Shown here: piece by piece, positions 24,480 to 37,600 of the stretch
Position numbering within the stretch: position 1 is the first letter of the stretch
Layout of the letters: each line of letters begins with the position of its first letter
Assembly: GCA_037447605.1 (NCBI GenBank)
Contig: CM074814.1
Location: forward strand, 930,001 to 994,000
Reading direction: 5' to 3'
DNA: 64,000 bases
Source of the DNA: Zygnema circumcarinatum SAG 698-1b
Taxonomy: Eukaryota > Plantae > Zygnematophyceae
The notes under the pieces: model-generated
What the model was told of the DNA's origin: nothing
Database searches by the model: none
What the model saw: only the letters and a program-made list of their open reading frames with translations
Position numbers and translations under genes: made by a program

Positions 24480-27255
24480 CGTTATAGTGATATTCTTTAT
24501 AATAACACCATGAATATACTGACGTTTTTTCCGGGAACGGAATTGCACCACTGCAGATCCTGCGCCAGTAGTGACGCCATTACGGATATAATGACATTTG
24601 AAAAGCCCTAATTGTTACTATATATTCAAAATCTCGATATTATCCACCCACGTATCGGAATATACGTTAGAAATAGGAAAATTCTATTCTCACACCTTTT
24701 TTGTCTACACACAGGCCTCTTTTCGCCGGGCAGATTTTAAAATAGCACAAAAAAAGAACACACCTTTCACACCTTCTCACCTTTTTTTTTTCACCTTTCT
24801 TTTCCCACCTTTTTGAAATCGATACACACCTTTCTCCATCGGGCAGATTTTACCCCTTCTTGTTTTTTTCAAAGAAAAAAATATCGGCCTGCCCGAATCC
24901 ACTCGGAGCAGAAGATCCGTCCGCCACGAGATCGTTCGCGGGTGGCCGTCCTTCACACGTGCAGAAACAATACACCGTCGATTCTAGAGAAGATCACACC
25001 ACGGCAGATCACCGTTCGATCGGCAGCCGGGCTCGGTTCCAGCGAATGGCACACGCCCACGTGTCCCACCCGAGCAGGCTCGAGGACCGTACACAACTCG
25101 TACGGTCGCAGCTTCGAGGAAAGTCTAAATTCCTTACATTGCGAGCTTGAACCAATCACCATCTGCCGCGTGCTCTTCTTAGACGTGGCAAACTGTGATT
25201 GGTACAGGCACTCAACTTTAATTATTACGTTTTTTGACTTTCCTCGAAGCTGCGGGCGTACGCCTTTTGTACGGTCCTTGGAGCCGGCTTGGGTGGGACT
25301 AGGGATGGCTTAATTACGACTATATAATCCTAAACATCCTTTTCTATAATCTATATTATATTATATAACTGTGACGACTAAATAACGGCTGTTATATAAT
25401 ACTTTACAACGCCTTTACAACACGTACGGTCGTACGGTCATACGACTGTACGGTATTATGCGGTGAAGACAGAGTGAACCAGACGGACGCATTTCGCAAC
25501 GCCAACGCCAAAACGACCTAATTTTGGTATGGTACGACCGTACGAACGTACGAGTACGGCCATACGGTCATTAATTGTTCAAAACGAGTGGGTATAATAT
25601 ATGTAATAAAGTGTTTTACTTTGTACTATATTACTACTTTTAAACCCGTTGTAAAGTATATAATATAGTCGGACTTTATAACGCGGGCCATCCCTAGAGT
25701 AGACTGTACGTGGCATCGCGTCAGGGGAACTTTGTAACTTACGCCCTGGACAAGCAAGGTGTACGGACAGATATGAATGGCGACACGCGAAAGCATCCAA
25801 AATGTCGGTGGTGGATTCGAGCGGGGGGCGGCTCCATGGGCGGCGCGGCAGTTGGACTTTCGGCGGTCAAACTTCCGCGACATCGACTTTGACCGCCGTC
25901 TCATATTGCGTTGTTGTCCGTGTGCTCACGCGAGCCCCAAATGTCGTCCTTGTCCGCGCTCCCTCCGCCCCCGCGAGCCGCCCGCCGCCATTTGTTTTGT
26001 CGCCACGCGCGTCACCACCTCGCGAGGAGGGTCCTACCGAGGCGCTCGCACGTGCGTGACGAGTATGGCGACACGGCGCGGCACGATTTTTCTCATCGGC
26101 GGAGGTGCCTCCAGAGGCACCTGAATTGGGCGTGCGAAATTGGGCCTTTTTTGGCCAATTTGGCATGCACGGAATGCCGTTTTCGTAAGCCCGGAAATCC
26201 CGGAACGGTAAGGTTCGGCGGAGCCGCGGATCCCGACCGAAATTCGTACACGGAAAAAGTGACTTTTCGTATACTGAATTCGGGAATTTCGTAGGAACGC
26301 AAAATGTTGTTAACCATTGAGAGCCTGGACCAATCACAAATTGCCATGTCATATAACACATGGCAGATTGTGATTGGCTGCCACACGAACCGCCGAAGGC
26401 TGGCTGGTCCAGCTCATAATTTCGCCTCGGTTCGTTCTGCGAGAGAATCGACGGTTGCGATTCATTGCATGTGTCAAGGACGGCCACCTGCGAACGATCT
26501 CGGGGTGGACGGATCTTCCGCTCCGAGCGCATTCGGGCAGGCCGATATTTTTTTCTCGCAAAAAGAAAATTCAGGGGAGCGAGATATTCAAAGTGGGGCG
26601 ATGGGGTATCGTTTTCCATGTTTTGCAAAAATAAAATCTGTCCGACGGAAATGGTGTGTATCGATGCCAAAAAGGAGTGAAAAAAGCATTTTCCGTTATT
26701 AATCCTTTTTGAAATCTGCCCGACCGGGAAGGAGTGTTTGGATCCAAAAAAGGGGTGGAAATAACACTATCCCACTTTTTCGCGTCTCGTTTCGTCACGT
26801 CACGGTCCCAAACATACTTGTCACGTCATGTATTGCCGCAACCAATCATGTCACTCCACGTGTTGCGCCCTCAATACTTTGCAGACGCGCGCGCTTCGTA
26901 TGATTCAAATCACCATCCGTACACCCGACGAGAAAAGGTCTGTATCTATTCTACAAAAGTATGAAACAGCATTTTTCGATAACAAATCCTTTGTAAAAGC
27001 TGCCCGGTGAAAAAGTGACTGTAAATACTTTCCTTGTCAATAGTGTGTACGGTCGGAATATATTTGTAGCGTATATTCCGATGCGTGGGTGGATTATATC
27101 GAGATTTTGAATATATAGTAACAACTAGGGCTTTTCAAATGTCATTATATCCATAATGGCGTCACAACTGGCGCAGGATCTGCAGTGGTGCAATTCCGTT
27201 CCCGGAAAAACGTTAGTATATCCACATTGTCATTATAAAACATTGTCACTATAAA
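24480..27255. mobile_element. Non-autonomous foldback/Mutator-like element with long imperfect inverted arms (about 24480-25215 and 26310-27255)
   Basis: Matching inverted blocks: 24510-24672 with 27061-27222 (GGGAACGGAATTGCACCACTGCAGATCCTGCGCCAG...), 24866-24960 with 26466-26560, and 25150-25215 with 26315-26385. No transposase ORF; exact termini and TSD not resolved. Confidence 0.75.
25300..25696. mobile_element. hAT-type MITE, copy 1, nested in the foldback spacer
   Basis: TIR TAGGGATGGC...GCCATCCCTA (Ac/Ds-like); CGTACGG-rich subterminal motifs; flanks GGTGGGAC / GAGTAGAC match poorly (eroded TSD). Confidence 0.85.
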
Positions 27256-27503
27256 GAGACTATACTTTACCGAAATACTCGTAAAAATGGAATAATTTAA
27301 TTTGGCTCGAGGCCGCGCCAATTCAACTGGGAATAAAAAAATGATTCGGTCACGTCACGACAACGAAGCCCTCAACTGAACTCTAGGACCCGCACGTGTC
27401 TGGGCTACTGCCATTCACAAAATGTCAAAAACTAAAAAGCACATGACAACGGACCGTGACGTCATTGTAAGGACACTGGCCAAGACAGGCGAAGTGGACG
27501 AAG

Positions 27504-27868
27504 TAGGGATGGCTTAATTACGACTATATAATATATATTATATTATATAACTGTGACGACTAAATAACGGCTGTTATATAATACTTTACAACGCCTTTAC
27601 AACATGTACGGTCGTACGATCGTACGGTATTATGCGGTGAAGACAGTGAACCAGACGGACGCATTTCGCAACGCCAACGTCAAAACGACCTAATTTTGGT
27701 ATGGTACGGTCGTACGACCGTACGAGTACGGTCGTACGGTCGTTAATTGTTCAAAACGAGTGGGTATAATATATGTAATAAAGTGTTTTACTTTGTACTA
27801 TATTACTACTTTTAAACCCGTTGTAAAGTATATAATATAGTCGGACTTTATAACGCGGGCCATCCCTA
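27504..27868. mobile_element. hAT-type MITE, copy 2 (365 bp)
   Basis: Same TIRs and interior as 25300-25696; perfect 8-bp TSD GGACGAAG at 27496-27503 and 27869-27876. Confidence 0.93.
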
Positions 27869-28710
27869 GGACGAAGTCATCCAAGCCCGCCAAGCCGTTA
27901 GGGTCGGCCCCACGGCTGTCACTACACTAAACGACAAGAATCCCAGGGTATGTGGACAACTGTCGTATTGTACGGCAAATCTAGATGAAATCTACATTTT
28001 GTCATTTTGTGTTGGTTTTGAAGTTCCAACAAGGCCGCTTCACCAACAACCGGCGTGCAATCCAAGAAACAAAATGTTCGTACAGTCCATCAGATTCGCA
28101 AGCCCTCGTGACGCTCCACGTCATTCCTTTCAGATTCTCCCGGATCCACCCCTGACAGCTCCAGCCAATGGGAGACTTCTGGCAAGGACCCTCTAAGCGC
28201 CAAATTTCCACAAAGTCAAGGCATTCGCCTGCCAGCCTATCACAAGGCCTACGAGTCAGACAAATATGTCCGTACGCCTTTTGGCCACCCCCCTTCGCGG
28301 AATTCGATGCCTGTCAGTTCAACTCGGCGGAATTATCTGTCGATGGAGGCTGTTCGGCCAATCCCCTTCCACCACGTAGGCCTCACGTGACAGATTTTGC
28401 TGCCCGGCCCCCGCCCGGACGCAATCCGATCGGCGCCGCCCTTGGGCCCTGCGCGAGCGGCACATGGCACGGCGGCGCCGCGCCGGTGGAAAGGGAGGGA
28501 GAGGGAGGGAGGGAGGGACAGAGAAAGAGAGAGGGAGGAGGGAGGAAGGGAGAGAGGGAGAGGGAGAGGGAGGAGGCCGCAGCTCCGAGAGAGGGAAAGG
28601 AAAGGGGAAAAACAAGAGAGAAGAGGGAGAGAGAAGGAAGAGGCAGTGCGGAGGAGAGGGAGAGCGGGGAAGGGAGGAGGGTTTGTGGAAGGGGAGGGAG
28701 GGCTTCATAG

Positions 28711-29935
28711 ATGGCGGGACTATGGGAGGACGGAGCGGAGGACACCACCGAGTGGCAGGAGATTATGAATCTCTTTACGCCGGCGGAGAAGGAGCTGCTG
28801 GGGGGGGGTCACCCCCTGATCAATCTCCCACTTAGACTTTTGATTGAGCCGCCGGAAGTCCTGCAAAGTACCCCCGTTGAGTGTCTGCTGCAGGAAATTT
28901 CGTACATGGAAAGAGAGAGATACGTTGCAGGTGACCTCGATTTAGTTTTGAATGGCTCGTGGTCTGCAGCCATGGAATGGAACGAAAATGAGCAATTTCT
29001 TCCTGGGAATGGCGACCTCCAGGCGCAGACGATGATGCTGAACATGGATAATCTGCGAAGTTTTGACGAGCTTTTTGAGAATTCGAGATCGAAGGAAGGT
29101 CGAAATCAAAGATATGAAGATGATGACATTCAGGGCTTGAGCACTTTAATAAACGGAGAGGAAGACAACCCTTACTCGGATGGTGAAAATTCCGTGGATA
29201 ATGCAGGCAATGGAGAGGTCACAGAATGTAAGGAAAGCTGGAGCTCGTCTCCGACAACATGTGAAGAGGCGAAATTGGTGGGACATCAGAGCGTGGCCGA
29301 GAGCGAAGGTGCGCGGGAGAGTGAGGCGGTGAAGGAGGAGGACTCGTACCGCTCTTCGTCAACCAGCAACTCGCAAAAGGAGGAGAATAAGAAGAAGGCG
29401 TAAGTAACATATTCTTATGTATGCATGTCTGTAGGATTGAACGATGTGGGGGGATGTAATGGAGCAGCACGGAGATTTAAGGGGTGTCGAATCGCAAGAT
29501 AAGAGGAGGAAGGGTTGCAAAAACCTTGCACTTGAGCACGACTTGCTCAATCTGCGAGTCTTTCGACAAGAATTCTGTATGCAGAATTCAGTGAATTCGG
29601 TGCACATTTTCTGTAGGGAAAACACTTCCTTAGTTGCGAGGTCTGTAAGAGCAGCCTCCGTGTCTGCTCTACGCGTAGCCTCTGTTAAGGGTATGTTTGA
29701 ACTCGCTGACCTCCTCCTCTTAAACTTTTGGTGATGACTAATATATATTTTCTTTCAAATTATTATCCCCAGGGCTGAGGCATGTTCTTCACCTCGTCCA
29801 CCTCCGCGGCCCCGGCCACGTGCAAAGGGGGAGAAGAGGGTGGTAATTCTTGAGTCAGAATTTGAACATCTGAACGATGGGCATCGATGGCGCAAATACG
29901 GTCGAAAGATGGTTAAGAGCAGCCCATACCCAAAG
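28711..29935 (+). CDS. WRKY: WRKY transcription factor A (WRKYGRK variant); zinc-finger exon missing in assembly gap
   Basis: Exon 1 28711-29399 (acidic N-terminus). Exon 2 29773-29935 encodes [33 protein letters not shown] and ends at the conserved phase-2 WRKY intron. A pyrimidine tract ending TTTTTCCTGCA (acceptor minus its G) abuts the gap at 30164. Confidence 0.85.
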
Positions 29936-30263
29936 TAAGTGAAGTTCCCACCCCCCTTCCACCCCATGCATCATATTTCTTCTTACTGTTTCCCAATTCC
30001 CATTCTAAGTCAATCCTCTACCATGTGCGCTTCTCTGGCCACTTCCTCTCTTCTCTTCGGATTGGCCTCCCCTGCTTTTATCTTCTATTTCCCTGTCTCC
30101 TTAGGCTACCTCATTCCTCTTGTCTGTTCCTTCTTGTCCTCTGCCACCCTCCTTTTTCCTGCANNNNNNNNNNNNNNNNNNNNNNNNNNNNNNNNNNNNN
30201 NNNNNNNNNNNNNNNNNNNNNNNNNNNNNNNNNNNNNNNNNNNNNNNNNNNNNNNNNNNNNNN

Positions 30264-33200
30264 TTCTCAGAAGACCGGCTCACATGCTTCAAGCAGGGGC
30301 ACTTGGAGAAGGTGCAGCGATAGTAATGTCTGCACAACAGGAAAAACACAACTTCAATGCACCAGCAGCTTAGAGGGGGAAGTGTATGCTCTGTGGCGGA
30401 TGCAGGTGAGAGTCCAGACCACCTTGCCAGCATGAACATGCCACCGTGGACCGGCCCCCCCGATCGCGCAACCTGGGCTGGGTAGGGAAGGAGGGCCGAG
30501 GAGGGGAGGGGAGGGGGAGGGGGAGGGGAAGGAGGAGGGGGAGGGGGAGGGGAGGGGGAGGGGGAGGGGGAGGGGGAGGGGGAGGGGGAGGGGGGAGGGG
30601 GGAGGGTGGGGGGAGGGGAGGGGGAAGGGGGAGGGGGAGGGGGGGTGGTGGGGAGGGGGAGGGGTGAGGGGGGATTGGGGGGGGGGAGGGGGGAGGGGAG
30701 GGGGAAGGGGGAAAGGAAGCAGGGAGGGGAGGGGAGGGGAAAGAAAGAAGGGAGGCGAGGGGAGGGGAAAGGACGAAGGGAGGGGGAGGGGAGGGGGAAT
30801 GGAGGGGGAGGAAATGGAGAGGAGAGAGGGAGGGAGGGGAAAGGGAGGGGGAAGGGACGGGGAGGGGAGGGGGAGGCGAGGGGAGTGGAGGGGAGGATTC
30901 CTGAGCGCATCACATATGTTGCAATCTGCAGATCTTTTCGAGATTTTCCTTTTCCTTGCAAGCTCTATCTGAGTCCTTTCTCGTCCCCTAAGCACCACAG
31001 CAAGTCTCAAACGAAACAGTTACGACTCTCTTTCAGAGACTCGCAGAAAAGACCATGAACCTGTATGCACACAGTCGTTTAAGGTCGTGTGCTGATCGGA
31101 TTCATATTTCTTTCATGAAAGGGATGCTTTTAATAGCAGCTCGGATCGCTTGACCCCAACATAATTGTGAGCTATATTCTATGCCCTCTTTCCTCAAAGG
31201 GTCTTCTTTTTTAAACCAGCCACACCCATTCGTCCTTCCTCCTTTCATCTGCTTCCTGATATCTCGCACCCACTTTCTCATTGCAAAGCTTGTTCTTTCA
31301 TATCTTACTCGATTTCGTCCGAGGGTCCCAATACTCTTTCTGCTACGGCCTTCCACTTTGTTTTCTCTTTCGTGTCCCACTCGTCTCCTGTTCAATCACA
31401 TCCGACCTCAAGCCGTCTCTTCCCCTATCGTCGCTAGTACCATTCGTCCGCTCGCCTTATGCCAAGGTCATTAGGCTAACGTTCTACACTGTCCATTTCT
31501 CCGTCCTTGTTCACACTTATATCGTTCTGTTCCCCCGTTTCCTCAGAAGGGCAGAAGGGAGGAATCTGTCTCCTCAACTTCAAACTCTCTAATCCCCAAC
31601 ATCGTTCTTGCCCTGTTTTCTCTCGTCTCACCTTCCTTACTGCGCTCTTATCCTCTCATTCGTCCCTTTCACAACTATAACTGCCTTCTGCTCCTCCTTT
31701 AAGCAAAGTAGCCCATGCTGCCTCACGTCCTGCAGCTCCTTACACCGCTGTCAGTGTCCGTTTGCCTTTTGATCTCCACCCCATTTTCTTCCTAGCGTTC
31801 TTGTTCACTGATCCTTTCCGCTTTCTTTCTGTTTCTCAGATTGACTTTCTCTTTCTATCCACCTTTCTTTGCCCCCCAATCCTGGATCTTGTATCTGTGC
31901 CTGGGTCTTATCTCATCTGCTCACTCTGATGTCGCTTTCCTTCTCCGGCTGTCCTCTTCATACAATGAACTCCTCTCCTCACTCTTCCTTCCCTCGATAA
32001 CTCTCCTCTGTTCTCCTCGCTGTGTCCTCCTTGCACTTTTCGCTGTTCCTCCCTTTTGAATACCATTTGCGTATGCACTCTCTCCATCCCTACTCTGCCA
32101 CAAGCCCATTACGTGGTCCAGCCCCTCTCTTTTCCTACTCCCTCCATCGTCTACCTTCCGTTCTCTCTCTGTTTCATCTTTCCTCGGCAGAGCTGACCCC
32201 CCACGCCTTTCCTGTTCAATTTAAGTCTCCCCTACAGCTGAGAGTTGAATTCCTTTCGGTCCCAACTCCTTGCCATATACACCCGAGATTGCCATACGTT
32301 ACCTCGAAAGGCCCATATTCTACCTCGCATAATCGTTGAAGTACCAACCCTAGCAATATCCCTTGAACTCGAAATCTTATGTTTAACCATGTATCCGCGA
32401 TGTATACGATGCAACTTATCTTTGTGCAACACTAATCGACACGATGGAGGTACTCTGAGAGGACCTAGAGTTGGATAGGGAAGAGCGACATACCTTGGAT
32501 ATGGGCTTCCTTTGACAGATTTCTGGCCGTATTTCCTCCAGCGGTACTCATCCATTGCTACCTCTTGCTCAGTTTCCGTGATCACAACTCTTTGTTGGGC
32601 TCTGGGTCCGCGGGCTTTGGGCCGCCTCCTACACTCGAATAACCAATACGATCTTATAAGGAGGGACAAATCGTTATGGAAAGATTCATACATTATGAAT
32701 ATTAACTTCACTAATTTGTTCAATGTTTGAACATAGTTACGTCCTGCCATTGCTAGTCCTACAATCCGACGAAAAAACTAAGATGAATCAGTTTGCTCGT
32801 AGTAGAATCGGTGGATCCGATGGATCCGATGAATCGGATGGATCAAATAGCATTGCCTGCATGCATGTGCTCATAGGTGAAACCTTTGAAGAACGTTAAG
32901 AAAGAGAGAAAACATACGTGTCACCCCTTCCTTCCAATCATATTTAGCTCGAACCCTCCCTTTGCCCTCTCCACATTATTTACCCTCCCACTGCCCTCCA
33001 TCTCCTCCTCCCACCCACTTCACCAACCTCGTCCTCTCCAGCTTCCCGCTTCGTCCTTACTAGCACACTGAGTTCTACCTTCTCTTTCTCTCATATAATG
33101 TTCACAAAGAAAGAAACCCACTAAAGAAACATCCATTTCCCAGTAGAAAAGAGGACGGGAGAGTCTACATTCCCTCATCCTCCCTCAAACCGTCATCTAC

Positions 33201-33980
33201 TTACGGAATCCGAGGACTGGGTGGTACTTCTGCCGACCCCCCTTCTCCCTTCATGTCTCTTAGCGTTTCTTCTTCCGCAGGCCTCTTCCCTCTGCTCTCA
33301 CGAATCGCATCCTCTGCCGCCTCAACTCCACTCCTACCCTCCCCTACTTCCCTCTCTACTGAGTCTACGTTAACTCCCTCAATACCTCCCCCATAGCCGC
33401 CACCTTCTATGTGACTACCCTCCCCCATTTCTCTCCCTCCCCCCACTCGCTTTCCACTGTCTCCCTCTCCGCTCCCTCTGCCGGTCAACGGAGTGGGAGA
33501 CTCCAATTGTTCGAATCCGAGCCCCTCCAAGCGGTACCCAGGAGCTCCCTCCGGAACCGTTAGCAGAGCCCCCTCCTCCTCCTCCTCCTCCGCCTGCCGC
33601 GGCGAGAGACTCTCCAAATGCTCCATCTCGATCCCCAAACGCAGCGGAAACTGCGGCCGCAGAGCCTCCAGGGGGCGCTGCGCGGCCACATTCCCAATCC
33701 GATGATGGGGGAGCTCCGGCGCGCGCTGCGGGGAAGGGGCGCGGGAGGGCTCCCCTCGGGCCCTCACGGGAACCTCCCGCCATTCTACAGGACGCGCCTG
33801 CAGATGGGGGAGAGCGGGGGAGCTCTGCATTCCCGGCGTCCGCCCCTCTTGGCGTGGCACAGCACTTCTCCACGCGCTCTGTAGCATCTGTGCCGCCATG
33901 GCGGGATCCGCCAGGGACGGCCATATCAGGGGCGCTCCCTCGTCCACCTCCTCCTCGGAAGACTCGGAACTGCTCTGCAT
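30264..33980 (-). CDS. WRKY: WRKY transcription factor B (WRKYGQK, CX4C finger; group IIc/I-C-like), 3' end in gap
   Basis: Exons 33980-33205, 32628-32494 (RVVITETEQEVAMDEYRWRKYGQKSVKGSPYP), 30329-30264 (RHYYRCTFSKCPCLKHVSRSSE, running into the Ns); phases compatible. Confidence 0.9.
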
Positions 33981-34019
33981 CTTCCTCCTTCCCTCCCTCC
34001 ACTTCTTCCCAACACCTTC

Positions 34020-34625
34020 CCCTTCCCTTCACATTCCCCTTTCCTTCCCTTTTCCTCCACTCCTTCCCCTTATCCCTCCCCTTCTTTCCGTCCCGTTCTC
34101 CCTCCTCGTCTCCCCTTCCCCTACTCCCTCCCCTTCTCCCCTTCCCCTTCTCCCTCCCCTTCTCCCCTTCTCCTTCTCCCTCCTCGTCCCCCCTTCCCCT
34201 ACACCCTCCCCTTCTCCCCTTCCCCTTCTCCCTCCCTTTCTCCCCTTCCCCTTCTCCTTCCTAGTCTCCCCTTCCCCTTCACCCTCGCCTTCTCCCCTTC
34301 CCCTTCCCCTTCTCCCTTCCCCTTGTCCCCTTCCCCTTCTCCCTCCCCTTCTTTCTCCAGTCCTCCTCTTCCCCTTCTCCCTCCCCTTCTCTCTCCCGTC
34401 CTCCCCTTCACCTTCTCCCTCCCCTTCTCCCCTTCCACTTCTCCCTCCCCTTCTCCCTCCCCTTCTCCCTCCAATTCTCCCTCCCTTTCTCCCTCCCCTT
34501 CTCCCTCCGGCTCTCCCTCCCTCCCTCACTTCCCTCCTGCCCTTCCCCCCCTCCTCTCCCTCCCTCCCTCCCTCACTTCCCTCCTCCCCTTCCCCCCTCC
34601 TCTCCCTTTCCCTTTCCCTTTCCCT
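34020..34625. repeat. About 600-bp nearly pure polypyrimidine/polypurine tract upstream of WRKY-B
   Basis: Almost only C/T on the + strand, with recurrent CCCTTCTCCC units. Confidence 0.9.
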
Positions 34626-37600
34626 TAGTCCCCAAGCACTGTCCTGAGGCCTCTCCCCGCAACCCTAGGGATAGCCCCTAGTTCCTATGCCTACGCGCAG
34701 GCCCTAGGCCTGCGAGGGGGAGAGCGACGCGAGGCGGTGGGGCCCACATGTGCAGTCGCGGCCACATGTTGACTGTACGGACGGGGCCCGGTCGGGCGGC
34801 GCCGCCGAAAGGGCTGGCATACTTGGAGGCGGCGGATCTCGGGGTCGGTGGGAGTGCGACTCGCGTAGGTCAGTCGCTAAAGACGACAAAAAAGTTGATT
34901 GTCGAGGAGCCTAAACGACAAGTAAGAGATTTCATTTTGGGGACTCAGATTCGAAGTAGAATCGTATTTTTTGTCAGTTAGCGGGTGCTGTGTACAAAAT
35001 GTGAGGATCTCTGTCGTTTTCCATTGTTTGAGATTGCGCCAGCCGCGGGATCAGTCGTACGAACACTACAACGCAATAAATTCGTCGGAGAAACGTGCGC
35101 TAAACGCCAATGGACTTGGCAAGCAAGCGCCACGGATTCGCTCGACGACTTGGTTGACTTTTTTTCCTTGACAACGTGTCGTAATTCCATTGGTTTCACG
35201 TTTGACTTTTGTCAGTACTTTGTCGCGAGGTGCATGTCGCCGTACCAAACTTTTCTGAGGTCAAATTGCAATCCGATGCGCTCTTTATTAATCCCGAAAA
35301 GCCCTCCTTGCCCGCATTTTGTCGCGACTGACAATTTGCCGTACGGAAATTGCATGAAGCCCTCTCCACTCGCCAAGTGGCAGCCGCTGCGCGGCCCAGA
35401 CTGCATGGAGGTTGCTGCCAGCTGGCGGCAGCAGATTCGTCGGCTGGCATTCGACGGTACGGCGGCCCTTGGGCTCCTCCAAGCGCCGCGCGCATGCACG
35501 CATGCATGGATGCGGCGATGGCGCGTTACGTGACATGTCGGGGCTTTCTAGGGTTGGGCACCCGCCACTTGCAACATGGGGATGGGTATCGTGATGGTGA
35601 TGATGTTCCCATGTCCGCTCTGGCCATGTGCATGAAATAACGAGGTGCATGGTCAATGTGGGCTTAGATAAGGGCACGCCGCGTTGGAGGGAGCTATTAC
35701 ATGGCGCCTTCGAGTTGAACTCATAGGCGTTTTCAGCGTTTCCTAGCGAGGGGTGTTCGGAAAGCGGATGCATCCATACCTTGCTGATGGCAAGAATCGC
35801 AAAAGGCTACTTTCGCTTCATTCTGGATGGAATTCGTCCAAAAATCAGTCGTATCTTTGCCCTCGCATGCGTTTCCTAGAGGCAGCTGATGATGCCATCA
35901 CATCCTCATGGGAGCAGAATGCGCTTCATGCACATGACAAGCGTTCTCAAAAACACTTTAGAATGCACATGAATGCGTTGACCATGCGTGGCCCATCTCG
36001 AGAACACATGCCATCCTCAGGTACTGTGTAAGAAACTAGCAAAAGGTTACGGAGCGTAATGGCAAGGCAACACCATGGCATGGCATACGTGGGATCAACC
36101 AATGGCATTCATGGCTTATTATGTCGCCTTAGAAGGGGCAGGATGGGGCCGAGTTCCGGCCGAAGGAAAGTGGCAATTTTGGCCAAGTTCAGGGGCGCGT
36201 GTTCCCATTTTTTCTTAGCTGTTTTCACAGCTAGAATCAGTTAGTCTCTAGTCAGATTCGACGAAGTTAAGGCATGTCATATTTTGGACTAAAACGAAAG
36301 TAAAAACTAAGATACGGTTTTATTCGATTCTCAAGCATAATGAAACGGGCACAAAATAAAGTCCTAAGAGTGCTTCTGTTAATCCTGTAGCTAAAATACC
36401 TTGCAGAAAAACACATAGACTGCAAAGAATGTACTCGTAAAGACCGCATAATGGTGGCTGAAAAAACCGCTAGAACAACAATCCATCCGCTAGCAGGAGG
36501 AGGGGAGAGACGAGGAGAATGGGAAAGGGGGGNNNNNNNNNNAGAGGGGAGAGGGGCGAGGGGAGATGGGAGAGGGGAGAGGGAGTGTGAGAGAGTGAGA
36601 GGTAGCGGGAAAAAATGCGGGAACAGAGAGGGAGCCTGCCAAATTCTGAAGTCGAAACTTGATTGGGCGTTCTCGCCCTCTCTCATTTGCACTCGCGTGG
36701 CGCCCTATTTTGCAGATGTGACGGGGTGGAGTTCAGGCCTTTGAGGCGTGTGCAGGACTGGGGGACTTCTGCATCCGTCAGCGCAGCGGGCAGCCACCGA
36801 ATGGGCGCCCCTTGACGTGTTCGCAATCGGTCAGTCGGGGCCGGTGCTCTCTCCGCCCGCGCGCTTCAGTTTGCGGAGTGACACCGGTGACGGTGTCGAG
36901 GAGGCGAATGGCCGGCGGCAATTGCATGGTGGTTTGGTTGTGCACATTGGGAAGATCGTCCGTACGGTATGTGTTGGGTAAGGACTTGAGGTGTTTCCCA
37001 TTGACAGCTACAATTCCAGAATTTCGCAACAACGTGCTATGCAGGTAAAGAAAGGGAATTGGGATTGACTTCACCATGGCGAGGCCGTGAAAGATTCATG
37101 GAAAAATCCAACATGGAGAACCAAGAGGAACCGGTCACAAAAGACCCAAAAATGAATAAAGGGAAAGCTGCGAGCTGAAAGCTACAAGGTTAGGTGTTGT
37201 ATGGAGTATTTGGTGATGTAATCCTTCGGCTTGAGGGGGGAAACATCAGACACTGTTAGCGTAACACGGTTTCAAAATCGTGATTAATGTAATGTTAATT
37301 ACAAAAATAATAATAATTATAATGTTAATTATTATTAATATTAATGTAAATTTTAATGTAATGTAATGTTATATTATGCGTGTTGTCAACACCCGATGTT
37401 GAGGCACGCTCGCTTAACGTGAAGGTATGTTTCAAATCACTTCGATCCTGAGGAGATTCCGAAACGGAGGCAAGAAATGGCTCCATTAAAACAAATGACG
37501 ATGTCCAAACGGGGCACAGAAAAGTCCTCTTCACGGGCAAACGACCCTCGCACCAAACTGAACGAAAGAAAGAAACGAGGAACCACGAAACCACTCAAAG

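Noticed and set aside
24485-27255. TAGTG / CACTA motifs suggesting a CACTA element
   Set aside because: They face outward (TAGTG left, CACTA right), the wrong orientation for CACTA termini.
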